The notes beneath the pieces were generated by a model. That model made no database searches. It was given only the letters and a program-made list of their open reading frames with translations, and had not been told where the DNA came from. DNA of 64,000 nucleotides from the human T2T-CHM13v2.0 reference genome, Homo sapiens, in the NCBI RefSeq assembly GCF_009914755.1, contig NC_060946.1; one strand, written 5' to 3'. The position numbers were made by a program, and so were the translations under genes. Positions 52,797-63,036 of this stretch are shown piece after piece. The first letter of the stretch is position 1; each line of letters begins with the position of its first letter.

Positions 52797-55469
52797 GTGG
52801 GCGAGGCGAGGGCGGCGCCCTGCGAGGGAGGGCGGTCGCAGAACCTGCGGGCCTTCAGCGCCCCCTGGCGAGGCTTCCCTCCACCGCCGGCGGGACCCCC
52901 ATGGGCAACCGGGGGAGCTGGGACTGAAAGCCTGGAGAGCCCCCTCCGTTGTGCTGTTGGGGAGACTGAGGCCCAGTGAGACCTCAGGGCCTGCCAGGCG
53001 TTCCCAACAGCGAGGGCAGAGAGTACACGGAGAGCCGGCTCCCCAGGGGGAGGAAGCACCCTCTTTCCTCCCGGGAGAATTTCACTGGGCAGTTTCGGAA
53101 ACCGCCCCATCCCCTTCCCCTTCCCCCTCGGTAGACAATGGCGCTTTGTACTTCCTTCCCTCCCTCCCACAGCTCCCTCCTTACACAGCGGTGGGGCCTG
53201 GGCGGGTGGAACTCGGGACACACAGAGGAGACACTGTGGTCCAACCTTTGCCTCCAGGCCCAAAGGGAAGGGTCGTGCCAGAGGGTGACCAGTGGAATGA
53301 GGTTGTCAGTCTGCAGCCTTGCCCACCCACTTTGGGGGATCAGAGGGAGGCTCCCATTTTCCAGATGGGGACACTGAAGCTCCGGGGGTTGTGCTGTAGA
53401 GGTGGCCAAGTTCCTACATCAGGCTTTTGTCAGAGACAAGCACCCCATCTCCGAGCCCAGAGCACTGAGAATGGGGACCTAGGAGACAAAAGGCTAGCCC
53501 TTGCCCCTCTGGGCCTCTTTACCCTCTGTACAGAAGGGGCTGGACCCTCTGTCCCCTCCAGCCCCCAGCCTCCAAATGTACCACAGAAGGCTCTAGGCCT
53601 GAGACACAGCCAGCACCGGGGGCTGGGGAGTGAGCCTCATTCCCCCCGCCTCTGCTATAAGGCCTCCTTAGGCCTCAGAGCATCTCTAGTCCAGGCTAGA
53701 GGGGTCTCCAACACAGTGCCAGGATCCCTGAGGTCCCCACCATGACACACAGACCCCAGTAGCAGAGCTATCTTCAGCCTAGGGCAGGCCCTGGAGTCAG
53801 AGAGACCTGGGTTCAAATCCTGGCTCAGGTCATTTGACCATGAGCAAATCACATGTCCTCCCTGGACTTCAATCTCCTCATCTGTCAAATGGGAATAACA
53901 GTAGTATCTAGGGTTTTTGTGGGCTTAGGACAAGTAGGGGGCTCAGCACAGGGTTTGACTCACAGGCTCTCCATAAATGTTACTGATGCCTCGGGGTATC
54001 CTGCCCTTCCCATTTGCCCCCTTGTCTCTCTCCCTCCTCCTGACTGGCTAGAACCAAGTATGGGGGTGATGCTTATTGCAACTGCAGCTATGTACAGGAG
54101 AGGCCAAGTCACTGTTCCCAACCCCACCCACTGGCAAATGAAAAAACCAAGACACAGAGAGTTTAAGGGATATGCTCTTGATCACCCAGCCAGGATTGGA
54201 CTAGGGCTGGAACCAACTAGGGGCTCTGGCCTGAGTTTCAGGGGGTCTTCTCATAATTCCTCAGGAATGTGGAGCCTGGAGGGCTCTTCCCCCAAGACTC
54301 TCCCTGCTCTCTTCAGACTAGGACAAGCTGGCTCATGGCTGAGTTGGGCCAGCCCACACTCCCTGCTGAAAACTATCTCCATCCCATCCCCACCCTTGCC
54401 ACCTGGCCTTCCCGCTAAGCAGAAAGGAATGACGGGGGGGCGCTAAAAAGGGAGATGATAGAGGGTTCTTTGGCCCTACCCCTGAATGATTTGGGGGGTG
54501 GGGACAGAGGAAATCACCCCGCCTTTACTGGCTCCCGTCTGGTTATCAGACCCACACTGGAGGCTTATCTCTGCCACTATCTTCCAGGGGAACCCTGGGC
54601 CAGTCCTCTCTCCCTTGAGCCACGGAGGATCTGTATGTAGCAGGTGGCTCTACATGGTGGAGGTGTGGGGGAGGCAACAGGATTGGCTGACTCACTCCAG
54701 AGAAGGTGTTCTTTCCTGAACCTGGTTAGACCAGTCACCCCCAATTTCCCGGGAACTGAGGGGTTGAGAACCGGTAGAAGCAGCTGTCACCCAGGGATGC
54801 CCTCTATAAGGCCCTGGGGTGGCCCCTAGTGCCAGCCACCTTATATGTCTGGGGGATTGGTCCTCCCACTCTGCACCCTGGCTTCTTCCATGGTGGCTAG
54901 GTCCAGGCCAGTGCAGTGGGGACAATAGCCCTCAGCCAGGCAGGACTCCTGAGCACCTGTCCTCAGTTTCCCCATCTGTGGATGAAGCAGTCAACCCCCA
55001 GCTGGGCTGTGGTGTTTGGTGACTAGACCAGGGAGCCTCCCTTGCTCAGAGGGTGGACTTCATCTGTCACCTTTCCCTCTAGGGACCCTGTTAGTGACCC
55101 ACAGGGTGGCCTCCCTCCTCCTCCTACAATAGCTCCCTGACTTTTGGGGATCTGGGCTCTGAGAGGCAGGAATCGAGTTGTAGAAAGGAGTGCCTGGCTT
55201 GGCACCTGGCACAAGTGGGCAGTTTCTGGCTGTCCACTCACAGTTGTGTGCTCTGTGAACCACAATGCAAAGTGGACTACCCAAGATCCCTGAAACAGTG
55301 GGCTGGGTCTACCCCCGGGACCCTGCGTGGGCAGGCAGGCACGTGAAGAGCTTGGGACACAGGGAGTGGACACAGGCCACACATTGTGCCCTAGGCAGAG
55401 CCGTGGGCAGCTGGTGCCAGCCCTCCGCCCCTGGCAGCCAAAATGACCTGCCTCTCGCACCCACTGCAG

Positions 55470-55618
55470 CTGGAGGTCACAGCAGATCTGGCAGAGCGGC
55501 GGCGCATCCGCTCAGCCATCCGGGAACTGCAGCGGCAGGAGCTGGAGCGCGAGGAGGAGGCCCTGGCATCCAAGCGTTTCCGTGCCGAGCGGCAGGACAA
55601 CAAGGAGAACTGGCTGCA
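55470..55618 (+). CDS. SMTN: Smoothelin exon 3, LEVTADLAERRRIRSAIRELQRQELEREEEALASKRFRAERQDNKENWL(H)
   Basis: CCACTGCAG| acceptor, CA|GTGAGT donor, 149 nt, phase 0 to 2. Confidence 0.97.
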
Positions 55619-56017
55619 GTGAGTAGCGGGGGGTGGAACATGCGGGTGAGAAGGTGAGTGTGAGCCCTGGCTCAGCTCATGTGTGCAGGCAGGCGTGAGC
55701 ACAAGTGTATCTGTGGATTGCATGTGCTAATGGCAGTACGTCCACACACGCTTCTGGAAAAACAGAGATGTTTGTGGGCATGGAGCATGTACTGATTGTG
55801 GCGTCGCGGCCGTGCTGATGTAGCCAGCACGTCTGAGTGTGTGGTATTAGTGCCCACGTCCATGGGCATATGTGTATCAGTGTGCAGTTAGAGGGTGTGC
55901 ACAGCCACATGCCCTTCTGCCAAGGTTCTGGGTACTCTGTTCTGGCTCCTACCCTTAGCCCACATCCTCCACGACCTGGCCATGGCAGTGGTGGTTACAG
56001 TCATGATGTCTCTGCAG

Positions 56018-56111
56018 CTCTCAGCAGCGGGAAGCTGAGCAGCGGGCTGCCCTGGCACGGCTGGCAGGGCAGCTGGAGTCCATGAACGATGTGGAGGAAT
56101 TGACTGCACTG
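56018..56111 (+). CDS. SMTN: Smoothelin exon 4, SQQREAEQRAALARLAGQLESMNDVEELTAL
   Basis: TCTCTGCAG| acceptor, CTG|GTGAGG donor, 94 nt, phase 2 to 0. Confidence 0.95.
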
Positions 56112-56203
56112 GTGAGGCCCAGGCTGGGGCAGGGGATGGGGGCAGGGCAGGTGAAGACCTGGACTCCACAGCCCAACACCCGCGACCTGTCTCTTACCCA
56201 CAG

Positions 56204-56282
56204 TTGCGAAGCGCTGGTGAGTATGAGGAGCGCAAGCTGATCCGAGCTGCCATCCGCCGTGTACGGGCTCAGGAGATTGAGG
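56204..56282 (+). CDS. SMTN: Smoothelin exon 5, LRSAGEYEERKLIRAAIRRVRAQEIE
   Basis: CCCACAG| acceptor, G|GTATGT donor, 79 nt, phase 0 to 1. Confidence 0.96.
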
Positions 56283-56376
56283 GTATGTGGCCTGTCCCGG
56301 CCCCACCCCTGCCCTGCTGTCTGCTGTCCACAGCACCTCCCTGTCACTCACCTGCCACTTGCTCCTTCCCTTCCAG

Positions 56377-56474
56377 CTGCCACCTTGGCTGGGAGGTTGT
56401 ACAGCGGGCGTCCCAACAGTGGCTCAAGAGAGGACAGCAAGGGGCTAGCGGCACACAGGCTGGAACAGTGTGAG
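56377..56474 (+). CDS. SMTN: Smoothelin exon 6, (A)ATLAGRLYSGRPNSGSREDSKGLAAHRLEQCE
   Basis: CCTTCCAG| acceptor, GAG|GTAAGG donor, 98 nt, phase 1 to 0. Confidence 0.95.
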
Positions 56475-57203
56475 GTAAGGAGGGTGGGAGAGTGGCCCAG
56501 TGTCCTGTGCCCATGGATACCGGTAGCACAGAGTGCCTGAGTGTCTTTGCTAGGCTGGTATTTCACTGTAAGGGGCCCACCCCTGCCATCCAGCCTCTAT
56601 TTAGCAGTCAGAGGGATCTCCCAGAAATGCAAATCCGGCCCTGGCACCTCCCCTGCTTCAACCCGTCCCAGGGCTGCCCCTCACCCTCCACACAGCCCAC
56701 ATCTTTACCTTGGCTTATGGGGCCTGCATGTCAGACCCCAGCTGGCTCACAGTTCACTCTATTTTCCAGAGTGTGGGTGAGAGGTCAGGCCATGCAGGTT
56801 CCCCAAGTGGCCAGCAGAGGCCGCTGGGTCCACGGTCCTGGCAGGACCCCACTCCCACTCCAGATGAACCAGGCTGAGGCCAGGAGTCAGGAACCTCCAC
56901 TCCAGGGATCTATTAAGGCTCCCGTCCCCAATAGGTCTCCTGCCATACCCACCCACTGACATCAGGACCTGGTCCTCTCTGAACCCCTTTGGCTAGGTAG
57001 TGCCAAGAGATTGGGAAGTGGGGATCAGAGACTGCCCTTAGCATGCCAGTGCCAGTGCTTGCGCAGGTGTGCCTACAGGAAGCCATGCCCCACCACTCTG
57101 CTTTGCATGCCCTGCCCTGGGCACTTGCCAGCCTGGCCCTCAGTGGTGGGGGTGGCGTTCAAAGCCTAGGGAGCCTTGGTTGCATCCTGTGGGTCCCTTA
57201 CAG

Positions 57204-57524
57204 GTGCCAGAGCGAGAGGAACAGGAACAGCAGGCAGAGGTTTCAAAGCCAACCCCCACCCCTGAAGGCACCAGCCAGGATGTGACCACAGTGACACTCC
57301 TGCTGCGAGCCCCACCTGGGAGCACATCCAGCTCACCTGCCTCACCCAGCAGTTCACCCACCCCTGCCTCTCCTGAGCCTCCATTGGAGCCTGCCGAGGC
57401 CCAGTGCCTTACAGCTGAGGTTCCAGGCAGCCCAGAGCCACCCCCCAGCCCACCCAAGACCACCAGCCCTGAGCCTCAGGAGTCTCCAACGCTCCCCAGC
57501 ACTGAGGGCCAGGTGGTCAACAAG
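57204..57524 (+). CDS. SMTN: Smoothelin exon 7, Pro/Ser/Thr-rich, VPEREEQEQQ...EGQVVNK
   Basis: CCTTACAG| acceptor, AAG|GTGAGT donor, 321 nt, phase 0 to 0; matches ORF 57069..57671. Confidence 0.95.
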
Positions 57525-57612
57525 GTGAGTCTGGATGAGGGGCAGGGATGCCAGGCAAGTGAGCAGGTCTGGGAGTCAGGCCTTGCTCAGGCCCTGTTCT
57601 TCTCCCTTGCAG

Positions 57613-57685
57613 CTTCTGTCTGGCCCCAAAGAGACCCCTGCTGCCCAGAGCCCCACCAGAGGCCCCTCTGACACCAAGAGAGCAG
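57613..57685 (+). CDS. SMTN: Smoothelin exon 8, LLSGPKETPAAQSPTRGPSDTKRA
   Basis: CCCTTGCAG| acceptor, CAG|GTGAGG donor, 73 nt, phase 0 to 1. Confidence 0.94.
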
Positions 57686-58312
57686 GTGAGGGTCCCAGCA
57701 GGGGTAGTCACAGGCATCTTTCTTCCCCTCCCCCTGCCTCCCTTTCCCTGCCTAGAAAATGGGCTCTTGTGCCTGGCAGCTCTAGCTTCCTCAGGTCCAT
57801 GCAGTCCCTCATACTGCACCCCACCCCTGAAGTGTCCCCGCCCCCAGCTAGGCCAGCCTCCCCCTCCACCCCCATGGCTAGAGGCCTCCCCTGCAGCCTT
57901 GAAAGGCAACGGGCCTCAGGCACATTCTTCTCCCCAATAAGGGAGTCCACCCATCTCCCAGCTGGAGCTGTGGGCAGCACTGGCCAGGAGGGCTGTCCCC
58001 CCTCCCCATCTGCAGAAAGGATCTGGGCACCCTTCCTCCAGCCTAAGCCTCGCCTGGCCCCCAGGAGTGTCCAAGTCATCCTAGGGTCAGTGTGGCAGGA
58101 GAAGGAGGTGCCTGTAGGAGAGATGCAGCCGAGTGGGGATGCCGGAGTGTGGGAGATCCAGGAGGGGATGGAGAGGTGGGGTGGGGGTTGAGTACAGGAA
58201 AGGGTGGGAAGCTAGGGAGGTGTAGAGGAGAGGATTATGAAAGGTGGACACCCACTATCCCCTGTCTTTTCTCTTTCCCCACATGGCCATCACCCCCTCC
58301 CCAACCTGCCAG

Positions 58313-58384
58313 ACGTGGCTGGACCCCGACCCTGCCAACGCTCCCTGTCGGTGCTCAGCCCCCGCCAACCAGCCCAGAACCGAG
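58313..58384 (+). CDS. SMTN: Smoothelin exon 9, (D)VAGPRPCQRSLSVLSPRQPAQNR
   Basis: CCTGCCAG| acceptor, GAG|GTACTA donor, 72 nt, phase 1 to 1. Confidence 0.9.
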
Positions 58385-58465
58385 GTACTACCTATTCTCA
58401 CCCTGCCTAGGATCTGTGCAGACCCTGTCGCACCCAGTTGCTGACAGCCCTCCTGTTCCTTCTAG

Positions 58466-58987
58466 AGTCCACCCCCCTTGCCAGCGGACCTTCCTCATTC
58501 CAGCGGGCTGGCTCTGTGCGGGATCGTGTCCACAAGTTCACATCTGATTCTCCTATGGCTGCTAGGCTCCAGGATGGCACACCCCAGGCTGCCCTAAGTC
58601 CCCTGACCCCCGCAAGGCTCCTGGGCCCCTCCCTCACCAGCACCACCCCTGCCTCCTCCTCCAGCGGCTCCTCCTCTCGGGGCCCCAGTGATACCTCCTC
58701 CCGGTTCAGCAAGGAGCAACGAGGAGTAGCCCAGCCCCTGGCCCAGCTTCGAAGCTGCCCCCAGGAGGAGGGCCCCAGGGGGCGGGGCTTGGCTGCTAGG
58801 CCCCTTGAAAACAGAGCAGGGGGGCCTGTGGCACGTTCAGAGGAGCCTGGTGCCCCGCTGCCCGTGGCCGTCGGCACTGCCGAGCCAGGGGGCAGTATGA
58901 AGACCACATTCACCATCGAGATCAAGGACGGCCGTGGCCAGGCCTCCACAGGCCGGGTGCTGCTGCCCACAGGCAACCAGAGGGCAG
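58466..58987 (+). CDS. SMTN: Smoothelin exon 10, (E)STPLASGPSSFQRAGSVRDRVHKF...MKTTFTIEIKDGRG...NQRA; contains the smoothelin-A start Met457 (ATG 58897)
   Basis: TTCCTTCTAG| acceptor, CAG|GTAGGC donor, 522 nt, phase 1 to 1; codon counting puts MKTTF at residue 457. Confidence 0.95.
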
Positions 58988-59179
58988 GTAGGCGCCCCCC
59001 ACTGCCTCCCCAATGGGGATGAGTGCCTGCAACCGCACTTCTGCATGCAGGACAGGTGCTGCGGCCAGGACTCAGGGTGTCTCCAAAGGGTGTGCTGGGA
59101 GCGAGGGCATTATCAACCTTGTCTGGCACTGCCCTCACTCCACCTGATCCTCCTGACAGCCACCTTTCTCCCCACTCAG

Positions 59180-59352
59180 AACTGACACTGGGGCTGCGGG
59201 CGCCCCCGACCCTACTCAGCACCAGTAGTGGGGGCAAGAGCACCATCACCCGTGTCAACAGCCCTGGGACCCTGGCTCGGCTGGGCAGTGTCACTCATGT
59301 CACCAGCTTCAGCCATGCCCCCCCCAGTAGCCGAGGAGGCTGCAGCATCAAG
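59180..59352 (+). CDS. SMTN: Smoothelin exon 11, (E)LTLGLRAPPTLLSTSSGGKSTITRV...GCSIK
   Basis: CCCACTCAG| acceptor, AAG|GTGAGC donor, 173 nt, phase 1 to 0. Confidence 0.95.
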
Positions 59353-60952
59353 GTGAGCCCCTCCTCACCCCACCAGCCTCACCATCCGTCAGCCTCACAT
59401 ACACTGCTTCAGGGTGTAGGGCTAGCAGGGTTCCTCTGCTCCTCCCCTACTGCACACACAGAGAAACCGAGGCCCAGAGAGGGAAGGTGGCTGCTCACAG
59501 ACCACAGCCAGTCGGTGGCAGAGCTAAGGCCAGACCCTAGCATATCAGTCCCTAAGTGTGTCGGAAGCTTACTCTGTACTGGCGTTAAGCTTCCTGGATG
59601 CTGATCTCTGATCCTTAGTTCGAAATTGGTTGGTTCATTCCTGGTGAACAGATGGGGAAACTGAGGCTCAGAGAGGGTGGTAAGGGCTTGCTCCCCTCTT
59701 CCTGTGGCAGCCCCAGTGCCCCTGCGCCCACCCACACTGGACATCAGCCCCGAGGTATAGAGCAGCTCATCTGCTCATCCAAGATCAGCCTGGCCCATTA
59801 GGAGATTGGAGATTAGTGATTAGCATCTGCGTCAACCTCCCTGTGGGGGTTGGGCAGAAGCTCTGAGGGGGGACAGACAGGCAGAGGGGCGCCAATCAGG
59901 TGAGGCAGCAGCCTAGCAGGTGCCTTGGGAACTGAATACGCAGCACCCTTCCATTATTCATTCCCAAGCCCAGGATCCACTAGCCGGGAGCTCAGCCGGG
60001 AAAGGGATCCCCAAGCGGGCCACCCGGCTGCCCAGGTAATGCCCTCTGTGCTAAACCAGGGACTGAATGGGACTTTGGCTGAGGTGAGATGGCTAGACCA
60101 GCTTTGGGCCTTCTCAGGGGAGACAGGGAGAGAGTGAGGGAAATAAAGCACCCTTCCTTTCCAAAAAAGCAGGATCCAGCTGCCCTCTGACAAGGGATTG
60201 TGTGGGGTGGGGTGGGGGGACCCGCTGAGGCCCTTGAGGTGGATGGGAGGTGCCACAGTGAGACCTGGGTCTGACACCACCAACTTGCCTCAGTTTACCC
60301 ATCTGGAACCAAAGGGGACAGGTGATGTACCCATAATGTGCTTGCTCAAAGTCTGTGGTTGGACGTGAGCACCATGGGCAGGCCAGAGGGCATTTATGTA
60401 AGACCAAGACACTTTTTATAGCAGATCACTCAAAGTCCTGCCTCCCTGTGCCTCCATTTCCCCCATCTGTTCCAGCTGTCTAAAACAGCTGGAGTTAGGG
60501 TAAAGGGTAAAGGAGTACAGGCTGTGGAGTCCAGCAGACTGATTCTCACAGCTAATGTACATGGTGGCTAGGCCAGGTCCATTCCCTGTTCCCTGCCTCA
60601 GTTTCCCCACCTGTGAGGCATGGGGCCCCGATCTCAGTGATCTTCAGAACCCATGCAGTCTTACTGTGCTGCAGGCCTATGATTTCTGTAGGGCTATAGC
60701 CAGGCCTGGCGATCCGCCTGCTTGGGCAGGCCCCCCCTCCCCCACTGCCCCTTCCACGGAGGAGCCCAGAATAGGTTTCTATTTGGGCTGCAGCTCCAGC
60801 TGGCTGGTGGCGGGCTGGGAGGCAGGGGCGGGGCAGGCCCGCTGCCCTTGCCTTTGCCCTCGGACCAGCTGCAAAGACTCAGACACTCAGCCAGAGACAG
60901 CAGCCCCTGCCACTGCCCCACCATTACCCCCCATAGAGTCCCCACCAGCACC

Positions 60953-61381
60953 ATGCCGGGGGTACCAGGGCCTGGGCCTGAGCTGGCCGCAGCCCTTGAG
61001 GAGCAGTTGGGCCGGGCACTGGAGGAGCTGCGGGCGGTGGCTGAAGCAGGCCGGGTGGCAGTGACCCAGGCAGCCGAGGTAGCTGTAGCCACCGTGGAGC
61101 CGGTGGCCCGGGCAGCTGAAGAGCTGCGGGCAGAGAGAGCAGCACTGAGCCGGCGGCTGGATGCACTGAGCAGGCAGGTGGAGGTGCTGAGCCTACGGCT
61201 GGGGGTCCCACTTGTGTCCGGCCTTGAGCCTGAGCTGGAGCCCAGCGAGCTGCTCCTGGCTGCCGCCGACCCCGAGGCCCTCTTTCAGGCTGCCGAGGAT
61301 GCCGGGACCCCCGTGGCCCACCCACCTGCCTTCAGCACCCGCCGCCGCTCCTCCACCGGCACCACCCGCAGCACTAGTCTC
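60953..61381 (+). CDS. SMTN: Alternative first coding exon in SMTN intron 11 (MPGVPGPGPELAAALEEQ...TRSTSL, 143 aa, SMTNL2-like coiled coil), in frame with exon 12
   Basis: ACCATGC start, strong GC3/coding codon bias, heptad leucines, donor CTC|GTAAGT phase 0; exon 12 acceptor is phase 0. Confidence 0.8.
61289..61381 (+). CDS. SMTN: Candidate 93-nt in-frame cassette exon (AAEDAGTPVAHPPAFSTRRRSSTGTTRSTSL)
   Basis: Internal acceptor CCCTCTTTCAG|GCT at 61288/61289, phase 0, shares the GTAAGT donor. Confidence 0.6.
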
Positions 61382-62167
61382 GTAAGTGCTTCTGGGTTGG
61401 TGGGAGGGGTAGTTTTGAGCCAGGCTCTGCCTCCTCTTGACTTTAGGTATGTCACCACCTTCTCTGAGCCTCAGTTTATCTATCTTGACAGGGGACTGGG
61501 GCACTAGTGCTCTAAGACTAGGGCAAGAGGGTGCCAGGCTCCAGCCCTGAGGCATGTGTGGCAGCTGCCTTGGCAGCCCCTGGCATGACCCAGGCCCCAG
61601 CCCCCAGCTCCCTGCCGCCCTGCACCCTGGCCAGACCAAGCCTCCCTGAAACAGCTGCCACCTCAGCTCTCCTTACCCTTATAGCAGACGGAGAGGCCCT
61701 GCCAGGAGAGGAAGGGCCATAATAGTTGGCTTGGGGCCTTGTCTTCAAGGGGCTAGGGAGATGCCCTGGGAGGGCTGCAGGGCTAGAGACTCCTTAGAGG
61801 ATGGTTTCCAGCAGGGGCGAGGCAGGGGGAGGTGGTACAGAGGAGAGCTTCATAGAGGTCTTGGCTCAGGGCAGCCCCAGTCAGACACCTGGTCAGGAGC
61901 CTACAGGCCCCGGGCCAGCCCTCTTGGCAAGGTAGCAGGCAGATGGGGGGCAACATGTGCTGCCTGGGCACTGGCCCAGGAGGACCTAGGCCTCGGGAAC
62001 TGGCAGCACAGAGCAGAGCCTGCCTGGGAGGGGGCTGGGAACAAAGCAGCAAAATGAACTAAGGTTCAGGAGTTAGGCTGCCTTCAGCTCAGATCCCAGG
62101 CTGCATCACACTTAGAGAGAGACTGTGGGCAAGTCAGTTAGCTGCCCTGAGCCTCAGTTTCCCCTTC

Positions 62168-62489
62168 TGTTTTTTTTTTTTTTTTCCGGTCTTGTTTTCT
62201 TTGCAACAGGGTCTTACTCTCTTGCCCAGACTGGAGTGCAGCTGCGTGATCATAGCTCTCTGCAGCCTCTAACTCCTGGGCTCAAGTAATCCTCCTACCT
62301 CAGCTTTCTGAGTAGGTGGGACTACAGGTGCACACCACCATGCCTAGCTAATTTTTTATTTTTGTTTTTGTAGAGATGCGGTCTCGCTATGTTACCCAGG
62401 TTGGTCTCAAACTGCTGGCAACAAGTGATCCCTCCCACCTCGGCCTCCCAAACTGTTGACATTACAGGCATGAGCCACTGCGCCCGGCC
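62168..62489 (-). mobile_element. AluJ-like element in SMTN intron 11 (antisense)
   Basis: poly(T), CTCCTGGGCTCAAGTAATCCTCC, GAGCCACTGCGCCCGGCC. Confidence 0.9.
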
Positions 62490-62805
62490 TTCCCTTCTGT
62501 TAAATAGGGACAGTAAAGTCCCTAGTGTTTATACAACACTTACTATGGACTGGAAATCATCATTATTATCACTATCCATTGTATTAATACAATTCGGGGT
62601 ACGTGGGAAGCCCTACAACAAAACTGTCAGTGCCTCTTCCCTGACTGACGCTGACATGGCCATCTTTGGGCAGGCAGGCGGGCAGGCTAGTGGTTATTTC
62701 CAAGGCGTGCCAGCAACCCTAGGATCTGCTTCCCTATCCATTGGAGACATGATGAGTTTCACCCATACCCCTGCTTAAAGTCCATGCCCTCTCCCCACCC
62801 TGCAG

Positions 62806-62958
62806 ATGGAACCAGAGCCAGCAGAGCCTCTCGCTGCAGCAGTGGAAGTGGCCAATGGGGCTGAGCAGACCCGAGTGAACAAAGCACCAGAAGGGCGGAG
62901 CCCTCTGAGCGCTGAGGAGCTGATGACTATTGAGGATGAAGGAGTCTTGGACAAGATG
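62806..62958 (+). CDS. SMTN: Smoothelin exon 12, MEPEPAEPLAAAVEVANGAEQTRVNKAPEGRSPLSAEELMTIEDEGVLDKM
   Basis: CCCTGCAG| acceptor, ATG|GTATAG donor, 153 nt, phase 0 to 0. Confidence 0.95.
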
Positions 62959-63036
62959 GTATAGCCAGATCCGGTGGGCTGGGGGTTGGCAGAGGCCAGC
63001 AGGCACCAGGTAGGCAATGATGGGCTCTATATGCAG

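Larger units (their letters stand above)
52200..52950 (+). promoter_or_regulatory. SMTN: Intragenic CpG island / alternative promoter in SMTN intron 2
   Basis: Dense CpG, GC boxes and a perfect CArG box at 52457. Confidence 0.8.

Noticed and set aside
52062-53745. Long ORFs on both strands over the intron-2 island (52062..52682 -, 52472..53263 -, 52951..53745 +)
   Set aside because: Expected stop-codon scarcity in GC-rich DNA; no recognisable domain. Only 52578-52796 has a compatible donor
58407-59294. 295-aa minus-strand ORF
   Set aside because: Antisense shadow of GC-rich SMTN exons 10-11; no independent gene signals
60722-60952. Open frame upstream of ATG 60953, as a possible longer internal exon
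   Set aside because: The nearby AG acceptors (60936, 60938) are out of phase with the phase-0 exon-11 donor, and the peptide looks non-coding
58385-63036. Retention of the in-frame-length introns 9 (81 nt) and 12 (78 nt) as protein insertions
   Set aside because: Both contain in-frame TAG stops
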